A program made the translations under genes and the position numbers. A stretch of 64,000 nt of DNA. It comes from an uncultured Bdellovibrionales bacterium (GTDB lineage: Bacteria; Bdellovibrionota_C; UBA2361; CAYQVO01). The stretch is from positions 52,424-116,423 of the forward strand of contig CAYQVO010000003.1 of the NCBI GenBank assembly GCA_964421085.1, in the 5' to 3' direction. Of the stretch, positions 27,788 through 37,757 are shown one piece after another. Below the pieces are notes generated by a model. That model was given only the letters and a program-made list of their open reading frames with translations, ran no database searches and was not told the origin of the DNA. Positions within the stretch are counted from its first letter, which is position 1, and the number at the start of each line of letters is the position of its first letter.

Positions 27788-28477
27788 TCACCATTCAGGG
27801 CATCTGCTCTGAATCGCTGCATAATTCTCGGGGGTATCAATTTCACGCTGGCGCCTGGCGAGCGTATCGGAAAAATCCTTAATGAAGTCGTCGAGCGTGC
27901 GCTGCATTTCATCGCTTAACTGCGCTTTCGCCTCATCCATGGTTGCCGCCTGAATCGGTGAACTGCCATCGTGAAGCGCGCCCGGCGCTCCGAGCATCCG
28001 CTTCAGATTCTCCAGAAACTGCGCGTGAGCCTCGCGGAGAATTTGAACGTGCTGCTCTTCATGCTCTTTTATTTCCTTATAGGGGCATGAATCAGGCTGA
28101 TACTCGACGGGAACAAAAATATCGATCAGGGTGACATCAAACCGTGTCGTCAACTGACGGATCCAGGCACATCCCGGTTCATTTTCTTCCTTCGCGTCAT
28201 GAACGAAATCGATATTGAAATGAATTTCGCTCCTGGTTTCGTAACTTGTAAACCCCAGAGTCCTGTCCGCGTTATCGAACCCTTTTTCTCTCTCCAGTTC
28301 GCGGATTTCGTCTGTTCCAAGATCGCGGCGCAGCCTGTATTCCGGAACCTTCCCCTCCACATCCACGACCGGAGGAATCTTTTCTGCGGCTGAGATGCCG
28401 CAATCCAGGCTGAAGGAGTCCTGCGGCAGAGATATTGATACTGCTGAGAGGAAAAGCGGCAGAAGAGCTTTTTTCAT
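27788..28477 (-). CDS. Secreted putative Zn-metalloprotease-like protein (DUF922-like, HExxH)
   Basis: Signal peptide MKKALLPLFLSAVSISL. An HEEQH motif is present in an otherwise small secreted protein. The start was moved to the ATG at 28477 (GGAAGG Shine-Dalgarno sequence). Confidence 0.4.
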   Translation of the reverse strand: MKKALLPLFLSAVSISLPQDSFSLDCGISAAEKIPPVVDVEGKVPEYRLRRDLGTDEIRELEREKGFDNADRTLGFTSYETRSEIHFNIDFVHDAKEENEPGCAWIRQLTTRFDVTLIDIFVPVEYQPDSCPYKEIKEHEEQHVQILREAHAQFLENLKRMLGAPGALHDGSSPIQAATMDEAKAQLSDEMQRTLDDFIKDFSDTLARRQREIDTPENYAAIQSRCPEW

Positions 28478-28865
28478 TGTGTCACGGCCTTCCCACGGCA
28501 ATCAGCGTTGCATCCCCCGCCGGTTTTCCCTGCAAGGTGTGCGCCTTGCGCTTTCCGTGTTCGAGAATAATCCTTTCTCTTTATTGAACACCCCGGGCGC
28601 ATCCCGTAAGCGTTCGAGCGTAATGAGCCGGATGGATGGCTGACGCCGGGCGGATTCGCCGCTCTATGCGGCTTGCAGGAACGCAGCATCAGTCAGGCCT
28701 CAGCCCGGTCGGGATTGCAGAAGACGGCCCCGAAAACAGCCGCAAGAAAAGTGAAGATGACTGCTTTCCTGCACATAACGCCTCCCTCGTGACGAACCTG
28801 CTGATATTATCAGAAATCCCCGCGTCTTGCATTTCGTGCTGCGTTCAAGCTAAGCTTGCCCGTAA

Positions 28866-29363
28866 ATGTCCTCTTTCAAGCCACTTATCCCGCTGACTCT
28901 TGCCGTTCTCCTTTGTTCATGCGCCGGATTGTCTCCTCCACGAGAGGCAGGCGAAGCACAGGAAACGCAGGCCGGCGCAGAGAGTCCGGAGGCGGGTCCT
29001 CCTTACCGGGTGCCCGTTCGGGATCTCGAAAGGGAAAACGCCGGCAATATAGAGATCATCTGGCAGGCGCCCGGCGGCCAGCCGCAGGCATTCGTTATTC
29101 GTTACGGAACCAGTCCGGCCGCACTTACGGAAGAAAAACGGGTTGAGACAGCCGAAATCGAGAAGACTCTCGATCGCGACTTCGGACTGGTATACAGATA
29201 CGTTCTCAAGGACGTTTCACCAGGGCGTGATATTTACGTATCCATATCGTCGATTGACGGCGGCGCAGTTTCCGAACCGAGTTCGGTGTTCCAGGTAAAA
29301 GCCGAAGAGACAGCGCCAGGCGCGGAGTCTCCGAAAAACACGCAAGAACTTCCCTCTCTTTGA
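28866..29363 (+). CDS. Lipoprotein with an FN3-like β-sandwich domain
   Basis: Lipobox LAVLLCSCAG followed by IEIIWQAPGGQPQAFVIRYGTS. Confidence 0.5.
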   Translation: MSSFKPLIPLTLAVLLCSCAGLSPPREAGEAQETQAGAESPEAGPPYRVPVRDLERENAGNIEIIWQAPGGQPQAFVIRYGTSPAALTEEKRVETAEIEKTLDRDFGLVYRYVLKDVSPGRDIYVSISSIDGGAVSEPSSVFQVKAEETAPGAESPKNTQELPSL

Positions 29364-29365
29364 GG

Positions 29366-29391
29366 CAGCCGGCCGCGCTGCATTTTTTTTG
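29366..29391 (+). terminator. Rho-independent terminator for the lipoprotein gene
   Basis: A GCAGCCGGCCGCGCTGC hairpin is followed by ATTTTTTTT, 3 nt after the stop codon. Confidence 0.55.
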
Positions 29392-29509
29392 CTCAGAATC
29401 ATTAAGCGCAAGCCTTGCGCGCCGACATTAAATACATGCGCTGAGTTGAGCCACCCCCGAATCAAAAAGCGAGATTCAGCGAATTTCTGTACGCGAGGTT
29501 GTAAACGCC

Positions 29510-30142
29510 ATGATGAAGTCCCGGCATCAATCCCCCGGAAAAAAAATCGATGAGATACAGAAGGAAGATCTGATCAGGCAGTATCTTCCTCTTGTGCGCA
29601 GGACCATGAAACGGATCACAAAAGGAACGAAACCTGGCGTTGAATCCGTGGAACTGTTCGAGAACGGAGTGCTTGCTCTTGTAGAAGCGTTGAGAACATA
29701 CCGGTATGAAGACTCGATGCCGTTCTCCGAGTATGCCGAGAAGTTCATCGGCGAAGCGATGATGGAGTCGCTGCGCAGGAATGCACAGCCCCGGAGACCG
29801 GTAGAGATTCTGCCGTTCACTCAACTCGAAGACGATGGTGACTGGATGGACGGGATGGAAGTTGAGCAGCCCACCCCGCCTTCAGGAAAAGCGGCCGATG
29901 TGATAGCATCAGATGGAAGCGATCCTCTCACTGTACTGCTCAATGACGAGAGTTCAAGGCTGATCAAAATCGCCCTCAACCGTCTTCCCCACGCAGAGCG
30001 CGAAGTTCTCCAGATGACTTTCTACGACAACCTATCGCCTTCCCAGATGGCGAAGAGAATGGGTATCAGCGCTGAAGAAGTCTCAGCGCTCAGAAACTCA
30101 GGTCTGCGCCGGTTGCGGAAGAGGTTGTTGATGCATCATTGA
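29510..30142 (+). CDS. σ70-family sigma factor, FliA/SigB-like (regions 2 and 4 only)
   Basis: Region 2: LIRQYLPLVRRTMKRI...VELFENGVLALVEALRTY. Region 4 HTH: LSPSQMAKRMGISAEEVSALRNSGLRRLRKRL. No anti-sigma or flagellar genes are adjacent. Confidence 0.6.
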   Translation: MMKSRHQSPGKKIDEIQKEDLIRQYLPLVRRTMKRITKGTKPGVESVELFENGVLALVEALRTYRYEDSMPFSEYAEKFIGEAMMESLRRNAQPRRPVEILPFTQLEDDGDWMDGMEVEQPTPPSGKAADVIASDGSDPLTVLLNDESSRLIKIALNRLPHAEREVLQMTFYDNLSPSQMAKRMGISAEEVSALRNSGLRRLRKRLLMHH

Positions 30143-30271
30143 TGCAGGCGCATTCCACCGTCATACCACTTTATTTTGAGAATTTTTCATAACTTAGCGT
30201 TCGCTTCGAACCCTTAACGCCCTGCCGTTAACCCCGTGCAATAACCGGGTAGAGCAGGTTAAGATTTCCTC

Positions 30272-31408
30272 ATGAATCAGCAGGAAGTTGAAGCAAGAGC
30301 ATCTCTCATTGCCGCAGACAGGATTGTGTTCAAGTTCGGGAGCCGTGTCCTTGTAAACAGGAGCGGACGTCCCGATGTGAGAAGCATAAAAAGCATAGTC
30401 AGAGAACTTGCGAAGGTTCGCAGAGAGGGAAGAGAAATCGTGATGGTCACTTCGGGGGCGATTGCTTCAGGCGTTGAAAGTCTCGGTCTTCCGAAACGTC
30501 CATCGGATATCTCCGGACTGCAGATGGCCGCTGCGGTCGGGCAGGTCCGTCTAATAAGCCGCTATGAAGAACTTTTCGCGCATGAGGGGATGAAAATAGC
30601 GCAGGTCCTTCTCACGCACGATGATCTTCGAAACCGCTCCCGCCATCTCAATGCCCGCAACACAATGCTGCGCCTTCTGAAGGAAGGAGTAATTCCCATA
30701 GTGAATGAAAATGATGTCGTAGCGTCTGACGAGATCAAATTCGGGGATAACGACGTTCTCGCATCGCTCGTGTCGATCTTAATCGATGCCGATCTGCTGG
30801 TCCTTCTCTCCTCCACCGATGGTCTGCGGGAGGCCGCGCCGGGTGGCCGGACTAAAAGAGTGTCTTTTCTTCCTGACATTACAGAGGAGACCCTGGCCCT
30901 CGCGAACAGCAAAACAACCGAGTTTTCTTCAGGCGGCATGCTCAGCAAACTGCAGAGCGCCCGGACTTTCGCGAAAACCGGAGGTACAATTGTCATTGCT
31001 GACGGCCGGCAGCCCGGAGTAATTCCAGGGGTGTTAAAGGGTGCGGATACCGGCACACTCATACGAGGCGGGAAAAAGAGCCTCAAAAACAGAAAAGAAT
31101 GGATCGCCTTTTTCAGCAGGCCCGGAGCTTCCATCATTGTCGACGCCGGCGCTGAACAGGCGATCCGGCACCGTGGAAAAAGCCTGCTTCCAATCGGAAT
31201 TCGCGAGGTCGAAGGCACTTTTGACAAGGGATCAATCGTGAATATACGGAATGAACAGAAAAAGATAATAGCCCGGGGCCTCGTCTCTTTTTCAAGCGAT
31301 GAGGTGAGGCGCGTGAAAGGGAAGAAGACTTCTGAAATGCTCTCCATTCTCGGGCCTCTTGAAGACCGGGAGATCGTGCACCGGGATAATCTTGTCCTTA
31401 TCGGGTAA
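30272..31408 (+). CDS. proB: Glutamate 5-kinase with a C-terminal PUA domain
   Basis: Amino-acid-kinase fold (IVFKFGSRVL, MVTSGAIASG) and a PUA domain at the C-terminus. It is immediately followed by proA. Confidence 0.9.
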   Translation: MNQQEVEARASLIAADRIVFKFGSRVLVNRSGRPDVRSIKSIVRELAKVRREGREIVMVTSGAIASGVESLGLPKRPSDISGLQMAAAVGQVRLISRYEELFAHEGMKIAQVLLTHDDLRNRSRHLNARNTMLRLLKEGVIPIVNENDVVASDEIKFGDNDVLASLVSILIDADLLVLLSSTDGLREAAPGGRTKRVSFLPDITEETLALANSKTTEFSSGGMLSKLQSARTFAKTGGTIVIADGRQPGVIPGVLKGADTGTLIRGGKKSLKNRKEWIAFFSRPGASIIVDAGAEQAIRHRGKSLLPIGIREVEGTFDKGSIVNIRNEQKKIIARGLVSFSSDEVRRVKGKKTSEMLSILGPLEDREIVHRDNLVLIG

Positions 31409-31413
31409 AGAAA

Positions 31414-32664
31414 ATGAGTCAGACTGTCCGCACACTGGGAAAACAGGCAAAGGCTGCGTCGCGCATGCTGGAGCGTATTACCGCCATACGGAAGAACGAA
31501 ATTCTCGAGGCAATGGCGTCGGAAATTACTGCGCAGCAGGCGGCAATAATGGAAGCAAATACCCGCGACGTTCGTCAGGCGGAAGAAAAAGGAACCTCCG
31601 CGGCGATGATTGACCGCCTCCGCCTCACTCCCGACAGCGTCGGAGGAATAGTCGATGCTGTTCGAACTCTTGTTGCGCTCCCCGAGCCTCTGGGCCGGAC
31701 GATATCCGAGACAACGAGACCAAACGGACTCATTATCCGGAAAGTGCGTGTTCCTGTCGGTGTCATTGGAATAATTTATGAGTCGCGTCCCAATGTCACG
31801 GTCGATGCCGCCGCACTGTGCATAAAAACCTCAAACGCCGTGATCTTGCGGGGCGGATCGGAATCGCTTCAGTCGAATGTCGCTCTTGTGAAGGCGCTCA
31901 CAGATGGAGGGAAGAAGGCAGGACTTCCGGAAAATGCCGTGCAGCTCGTCGCTACAACGGATCGCGATGCTGTGCGGGAACTCGTTCAACTGGAAGGCCT
32001 CGTGGACCTGATAATTCCAAGGGGCGGAGAAAGCCTCGTACGCGCGGTGACGGAAATGGCAAGAGTTCCTGTGATAAAACATTACAAGGGTGTCTGCCAT
32101 ATTTATGTGGACAAGTCGGCCAGTCTGGATATGGCGGTGAAACTGACGATGAACGCGAAATGTCAGAGGCCCGGGGTGTGCAATTCGATCGAAAAGCTTC
32201 TCGTGCACAGGGATATAGCGCCTTTGTTTCTGCCTAAGGTCTGCGATGAACTGATTTCGAAGAAAGTCGATCTGCGTGGAGACGATGAAGCAAGGGCGAT
32301 AGTTCCGAGTATAAAGCCGGCGGTAGAAAGTGACTGGCATGAGGAATACCTGGATCTTGTCCTTGCCGTAAAGGTCGTCGGAGATACCGGGGAGGCCATC
32401 GACTGGATAAATTCTTTTGGTTCGCACCATTCCGATGCCATCGTGGCCGAAGACAGGACGCAGGCAGACGACTTTCTCGCGGGTGTCGATTCAGCCTGTG
32501 TTTATGTCAATGCGTCCACGCGTTTTACCGACGGCGGCGAATTCGGAATGGGCGCCGAGATGGGGATAAGCACCGACAAGATAGGCGTCCGCGGCCCGAT
32601 GGGCCTCGAAGAATTAACGACGTACAAGTATCTTGTATTCGGGAAGGGCCAGGTGCGGGTGTGA
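31414..32664 (+). CDS. proA: γ-Glutamyl phosphate reductase
   Basis: 416 aa, ALDH-like, with the catalytic-Cys region CNSIEKLLVH and NASTRFTDGGEFG. It lies 5 bp after proB. Confidence 0.9.
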   Translation: MSQTVRTLGKQAKAASRMLERITAIRKNEILEAMASEITAQQAAIMEANTRDVRQAEEKGTSAAMIDRLRLTPDSVGGIVDAVRTLVALPEPLGRTISETTRPNGLIIRKVRVPVGVIGIIYESRPNVTVDAAALCIKTSNAVILRGGSESLQSNVALVKALTDGGKKAGLPENAVQLVATTDRDAVRELVQLEGLVDLIIPRGGESLVRAVTEMARVPVIKHYKGVCHIYVDKSASLDMAVKLTMNAKCQRPGVCNSIEKLLVHRDIAPLFLPKVCDELISKKVDLRGDDEARAIVPSIKPAVESDWHEEYLDLVLAVKVVGDTGEAIDWINSFGSHHSDAIVAEDRTQADDFLAGVDSACVYVNASTRFTDGGEFGMGAEMGISTDKIGVRGPMGLEELTTYKYLVFGKGQVRV

Positions 32665-32786
32665 GCCGTGCGATGCGTCAACCTGGCTGCGAAGTCGAAT
32701 AGTGAATTTCGAGCTTGACCTGTGCCCTTTTGAAGGATATTGCAGAGTCTCTGTTACGGAAAACCGGTCAATCACTGGAGAGGAAA

Positions 32787-33941
32787 ATGGCGAACGAAGA
32801 GTACACCGAAGTGACATCGACATCGTGGTTCAGCCGCATTTCGAATTCGCTCAAGGGTATTATCATTGGAAGCGCGCTCATTCTTGCAGCCATCGTCCTG
32901 CTTTTCTGGAATGAGGGGCGGGCTGTCAGGCGTTATCAGACGCTGAAGGAAGGCGCCGGCGCCGTTATTTCCGTAAAGTCCGACGCCGTTGATCCTTCGA
33001 ACGAAGGAAGACTCGTCCACATGGAGGGCGCGGCGACCACAATTGAAACGCTCACCGATTCCGATTTTGGCGTTTCAGAGAACGCCATTAAGCTCAGCCG
33101 GTCGGTTGAGATGTACCAGTGGGAACAGGAAGAGAAAAGCGAGACAAGAAAAAAACTGGGGGGCGGCGAAGAGACAAAGACAACCTACTCATACAAAAAA
33201 GTATGGTCGAGAGATCTCATCGATTCATCCAGTTTCAAAATCCCGGAAGGACACGAAAATCCCGGCGCATTGCCGTACAAAAGCGCCGTATTTACTGCGA
33301 AGAACGTGACGCTGGGAGCGTTTACTCTCTCTCCCGCAATCATAGATCAGATCGGGACCTTCGATCCTCTCCCGATCGCCGGCGGCGAAGACGCGGAAGA
33401 GGGAAAGCCAGAACCCTTTCAGGGGGGATACTATATCGGAAAAGATCCCGCGCATCCCGGGATTGGAGACGCGAAAATCACTTTCTCCGTCGTCAGGCCG
33501 CAGGAAATTTCCGTAATCAGCGGGCAGCGCGGGAATACTCTCGAACCTTATCAGTTTGAGTCCGGCGAGGTGATTGAGCTCGTACAGAGCGGGAAACACT
33601 CTGCAAAGGCGATGTTCAAGGAGGCTCAGAGCGCCAACAAACTGCTGACCTGGATCTTGAGGCTCGCCGGATTCGTCGTGATGCTTGCGGGGTTCATCAT
33701 GATCTTCAGGATAATCTCGGTTGTTGGAGACATTGTGCCGTTCGTCGGGGATCTTCTTTCTGTCGGAACAGGCCTCCTATCGCTCCTTCTCTCGATTGTC
33801 GTTTCTCTCGTGACCATCGGGATTGCATGGCTTTTCCACCGCCCTCTGCTGGGAATACTGCTGGTTGTCGCCGCCGGCGGCGGGGTCTGGCTGATCAGGC
33901 GGAAGATGAAAAAGGGAGCTGCGCCGGCAGTCGCTGCCTGA
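32787..33941 (+). CDS. TMEM43-family (DUF1625-like) membrane protein
   Basis: An N-terminal TM helix, a long hydrophilic middle region and C-terminal TM helices (LLTWILRLAGFVVMLAGFIMIF...). The ATG at 32787 has a GGAGAGG Shine-Dalgarno sequence. A weak hairpin plus T5 tract lies at 33934..33955. Confidence 0.5.
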   Translation: MANEEYTEVTSTSWFSRISNSLKGIIIGSALILAAIVLLFWNEGRAVRRYQTLKEGAGAVISVKSDAVDPSNEGRLVHMEGAATTIETLTDSDFGVSENAIKLSRSVEMYQWEQEEKSETRKKLGGGEETKTTYSYKKVWSRDLIDSSSFKIPEGHENPGALPYKSAVFTAKNVTLGAFTLSPAIIDQIGTFDPLPIAGGEDAEEGKPEPFQGGYYIGKDPAHPGIGDAKITFSVVRPQEISVISGQRGNTLEPYQFESGEVIELVQSGKHSAKAMFKEAQSANKLLTWILRLAGFVVMLAGFIMIFRIISVVGDIVPFVGDLLSVGTGLLSLLLSIVVSLVTIGIAWLFHRPLLGILLVVAAGGGVWLIRRKMKKGAAPAVAA

Positions 33942-33965
33942 CGGCAGGGCTTTTTATCCCCGGCA

Positions 33966-35801
33966 TTATTCCGCGGACCGCTCTATCCCGAGAACTTCCA
34001 GCTCTATTACCGGTTTCCCGAGAGACTTGCGGGCGCCGAGCCGGGCAAAAAGAGAGAGAGGTCCGCCTGCTTCGAGACCGGCCGCGATTTCGGGGTCCGA
34101 AACGAGAACACGGAAATCAGCCGTTTCGTCCTTCAAATCCACTTCCCAGAATCTCGCCTCACTGTACCTTTGCGGCCTCTCGCTGACACTCAATATCCTG
34201 CACTCATCGACGATCAACAGAGGATGCTCATTGCCCTTTCCGAAAGGCCGGAGCAGACATACCTCCTCCGGGCGAAGAGTGCGAAGTTCATCCATGGAAA
34301 CCCTGAGATCAATCTGAAGAGGCTCGGGCGAATAATTCTCGCGCTTTTCCCGGCATGCTCTCCGGTACATATCCCGGAACGCCGCGAGGTTTTCACGACT
34401 GACCTTGCAGCCCGCCGCCGCTTCATGGCCTCCGTATCGCGAAAGCGCGGATGAAGCTTCCTTCAGAATATCCAGAGCGCTTACCCCGGGAATAGACCGT
34501 GAGGAACCGACAAACTCGCCCTTCTCATCCTCAACAAGCACAAGCACTGGAACATTAAAATTCTCCGAAAGGAGAGACGCCAGCCTCCCCATTATGCCGA
34601 TGCACGAGAGTCTCTTCTCCGTATCAGGAACATTATCATGATCGAAAATGACAGGATCGAAATCCCCCGGGCTCCCGTGTTGAAGCGCAATAGAGAGAAC
34701 TTCTCTCTCCAGATTTTTTCTGCGATCATTGATGCCTGTGAGCTTCCGGGCCAGACTCGCCGCCGTTGCCGTGTCGTCCGTGGTCAAAAGCCTGTACGCG
34801 TCCATCGGGTCTTCCATTCTTCCTGCCGCATTTATCCTCGGACCCACTTCAAAGCCGATATGATATGGGGTGACGTCGTACCTGCCGGGCTTGAACAGGC
34901 TCAGAGAGTTCTTAACGACCTCTCGAAGGACCGGGTCGGCAGGATCGGAAAGAGCTTCAAGCCCCAGTGCCGCTATAGTTCGATTCGGTCCCGTAAGCGG
35001 CATTACATCGCAGATTGTTCCAATAGCCGCAAGGCTCACAAGAGAATCAAAAGAAACATCCAGGCCTTTTTTCTCCGCTGCCGCGATGCAGAGAAGAAGC
35101 GCCTCTCCTGATGCGCACAATGCATGACCATCAAACTCTTCAGGAGTCAGGCGCCAGTTAATAACGGGATCATCCCCGGAAAAAGCGGCCGGGGCGTGAT
35201 GATGATCAACAACAAGCAGTTCGAGCCCGCCTTTCCGCGCTGTCTCAGCGAGCTCCTCGCTCAGGCTTCCGAGATCGAGAACGACGCCGTAATCGCACCC
35301 TGCTTCGACTGCGTCGTTAATCATCCTCTCGTTGATGCCGTAGCCTTCGAAAATCCGGTGAGGAATAAGAGGAACGACTTCAACACCGGCTGCCCGCGCC
35401 AGTTTCGCAATCTGAGCTGCGGAGGTTATTCCGTCGGCGTCATAGTCGGCAAGAACCGCCATTGGCCCTCCGCTTTCAAGAGCCTTTACGACAAAGTCGG
35501 CGCCCCGCTGCACGGAATGCCGCGAGGCCATCTCCGCAAGGTGAGATTTACGAGGCTTTATGAAGTTTCCAAAAGAGCCTTGATCGTCAAAACGAAATCC
35601 TCTCTGGGCAAGAAGGTGTGAAAGTACCGGCGAATAGCCTCTCCCTTGAAAACCCGCCGCCTCCTCGAGTTTCGGGGCCCTGACAGAGATCGGTCTTTCG
35701 CCCGCAAGCGGATTTCTGCGGCGCCTTAAGAAAGCGGATGCCAGTTCCCCTGCCTGCGGATCTTCACGACCGGTAATTCTTTCCGAATTAAACTCTGTCA
35801 T
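33966..35801 (-). CDS. recJ: Single-stranded-DNA-specific 5'-3' exonuclease RecJ
   Basis: DHH motifs VLADYDADGITS and LLVVDHHH, and the DHHA1 motif GGHEAAAG. Its start overlaps the stop of the upstream helicase gene by 14 bp. Confidence 0.85.
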   Translation of the reverse strand: MTEFNSERITGREDPQAGELASAFLRRRRNPLAGERPISVRAPKLEEAAGFQGRGYSPVLSHLLAQRGFRFDDQGSFGNFIKPRKSHLAEMASRHSVQRGADFVVKALESGGPMAVLADYDADGITSAAQIAKLARAAGVEVVPLIPHRIFEGYGINERMINDAVEAGCDYGVVLDLGSLSEELAETARKGGLELLVVDHHHAPAAFSGDDPVINWRLTPEEFDGHALCASGEALLLCIAAAEKKGLDVSFDSLVSLAAIGTICDVMPLTGPNRTIAALGLEALSDPADPVLREVVKNSLSLFKPGRYDVTPYHIGFEVGPRINAAGRMEDPMDAYRLLTTDDTATAASLARKLTGINDRRKNLEREVLSIALQHGSPGDFDPVIFDHDNVPDTEKRLSCIGIMGRLASLLSENFNVPVLVLVEDEKGEFVGSSRSIPGVSALDILKEASSALSRYGGHEAAAGCKVSRENLAAFRDMYRRACREKRENYSPEPLQIDLRVSMDELRTLRPEEVCLLRPFGKGNEHPLLIVDECRILSVSERPQRYSEARFWEVDLKDETADFRVLVSDPEIAAGLEAGGPLSLFARLGARKSLGKPVIELEVLGIERSAE

Positions 35802-37746
35802 TCACCACTGTGCTCATTTCCAGAAGCTTCCTCCTCATGTTACTCATCTGCCCCAGCCCGAGATTCAGGAAAAGTTCATCAGGGCTCTGGGAATTCAAGG
35901 GACAATGCACGCGCGCACTCTTTACTCCCGATGTCCGGGCATCCCTTGTGCGCCCGAAGCGCCCCAGGAGCTGCTGGAGTTCAACAGGTTCATCGGGGCA
36001 TCCATAAATATATCCCCGGTTCACCGTCTCAAGATCGATGCCGGAGTATGCTGCGCTGGTCACAACAAGCGCATTGACTCCGCCTTCAGCATAACCTTTT
36101 TCGAACTCCTCTATCGCTTCATTCCTCTGCCTCCCTGTCTGCTTCCCCGTGATGCAGGCCGCCCTGATGCCTTTCGCGTCCGGCAATGAGTTCAGGAAGT
36201 CGCGTATGAATAAGGCTTGTTCTACGCGGTCCGCGGCGATGATGCATTTTTCGCCGGGATTATCGTCGAGCATGTCGTTCAGCACCGTGATCATCCTCGC
36301 CATATACGGATGATCGTTCACACCATCGTCCAGAAGGGCCTGGCGCCATTCCTTTCGGGTTTCTTCACTTACATCCGCTTTCACATTGATTCGCAGCGCA
36401 TCACGAGACACATCAAACATCGCCTGGTATGGAGTGCCCTTTGCGGCATTAAAGACAGCACTGCAATAATCCAGGTCATTATGTAAACGCGACAGATAGA
36501 GCGGCTTCCCTTCCGCCTGGAACCTCAACAGTGAGGCGGCGACTGCCTCAAGGAAAAGGTAACGGCCGTAAGTAGTGAGATTACCCGCAAGTTGCTGGAT
36601 ATGCCGGTACTCATAGGCGGCGGATATCCTTTTCTTCCAGTCATCGCAATCCCTGACGTGCGCGATGAGCTTTTCACACATCCTTGCTCCGATAATCGGG
36701 GTTCTGGTTTCCACCACCTCCGTCTGGTCCCCCTCTCCTTCCGAATCCTCGAAAGGAATCGCCTTCTGTTTCCTGCGTCTTGTTCCGCTTCTTTTTCCAT
36801 CTCTTCCGGCCCTCTGGATTTTCTCCAGGCATTCAACAATCCAGGGGTTACGCTCGACTATTTTTTCAAGGATGGAAAATAGATTTTCCGCTGCCTGTGC
36901 CATATCCGACGCCGGTTCCACCCTTTCACGGACGATTTCAGGAAGGTGCTGCTCTTGCTGGTTCAACGCATAAAACTCGAAATTCCCTGTACGCTCCCGG
37001 ACCCGCTTCCACTTCTCTATTGTCGCGGCGGGAGTCGCGGATAGAAAAAGAGTTGTAAGGCCCTTCACATTTTTGAGAAGAAATCGCACTTTTATGCAGG
37101 CATTCATCCGATCCGATTCATAGCCTTTCTTGATGCTTCCCTTTACGTCTCCTTCCGAAAAATGATGCGCCTCATCGTGGATCTCAGCTCCCACCCTGTC
37201 GAGCGGGATCAGGCCCTCTTTCATGTCGTTCGCGACACGCTCCGCAGTGCCAATCACAACAAGAGGTCCCTCTCTTTTGTACACGAGCCCGCGATCCTTC
37301 GGTGAAAGGCTCGAGAGAAAGACGATATCCTCTTTTTGTATATCCAGAAACTGTCTTGCGCGGTCGAAGGTCTGCCTTACAGTTGTCAGGCGATCCGTCA
37401 TGTAAAGAGAAATTCCCCCGCGGCTGTATGTCAGCGCGCAGAGCATCAGGGCGATAATCGTCTTACCGCTCTGAGGCGGCGCCCATACATAATGAGACCC
37501 GCGGCCCTCGAGAACGTAAGACATCTGTATGACCTGCGCCAGATTTGATTCGAGTTCAGCCTGATTCACGGGCAGGGTATGAAAGTCGATCAGCTTGACC
37601 AGTTCGGCGTGAGGTTCGGGGAGAAACGGGAGAGTGAGATTCAGGGCGGAGACAGAAACTTGAACAGGTTCTTGAGCGTTTCCCAGAACGGATTCCGCAA
37701 CGTCGAAAGGAAGGGCAGTTGTTATCAGTTCTTTACGACTAAGCAT
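35788..37746 (-). CDS. SF2 DEAH-box helicase, Hef/FANCM/RIG-I-like architecture (large insertion between the RecA lobes)
   Basis: Motif I APPQSGKT, II IHDEAHHF, III LFLSATP, V VVTSAAYSGIDL, VI QQLLGRFGRTR. About 180 aa are inserted between motifs III and IV. It is not RecQ-like. Confidence 0.7.
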   Translation of the reverse strand: MLSRKELITTALPFDVAESVLGNAQEPVQVSVSALNLTLPFLPEPHAELVKLIDFHTLPVNQAELESNLAQVIQMSYVLEGRGSHYVWAPPQSGKTIIALMLCALTYSRGGISLYMTDRLTTVRQTFDRARQFLDIQKEDIVFLSSLSPKDRGLVYKREGPLVVIGTAERVANDMKEGLIPLDRVGAEIHDEAHHFSEGDVKGSIKKGYESDRMNACIKVRFLLKNVKGLTTLFLSATPAATIEKWKRVRERTGNFEFYALNQQEQHLPEIVRERVEPASDMAQAAENLFSILEKIVERNPWIVECLEKIQRAGRDGKRSGTRRRKQKAIPFEDSEGEGDQTEVVETRTPIIGARMCEKLIAHVRDCDDWKKRISAAYEYRHIQQLAGNLTTYGRYLFLEAVAASLLRFQAEGKPLYLSRLHNDLDYCSAVFNAAKGTPYQAMFDVSRDALRINVKADVSEETRKEWRQALLDDGVNDHPYMARMITVLNDMLDDNPGEKCIIAADRVEQALFIRDFLNSLPDAKGIRAACITGKQTGRQRNEAIEEFEKGYAEGGVNALVVTSAAYSGIDLETVNRGYIYGCPDEPVELQQLLGRFGRTRDARTSGVKSARVHCPLNSQSPDELFLNLGLGQMSNMRRKLLEMSTVVNDRV

Positions 37747-37757
37747 CGCGCACCCCG

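Noticed and set aside
28797-28812. CTGATA-T-TATCAG palindrome upstream of the lipoprotein gene
   Set aside because: 6-bp arms are too short to call an operator without other copies.
30562-31347. 261-aa minus-strand ORF
   Set aside because: Antisense to proB, which is unambiguous.
33934-33955. Terminator after the TMEM43-like gene
   Set aside because: Only a 5-bp stem (CTGCC/GGCAG) plus TTTTT. It is plausible but too weak to list as a feature.
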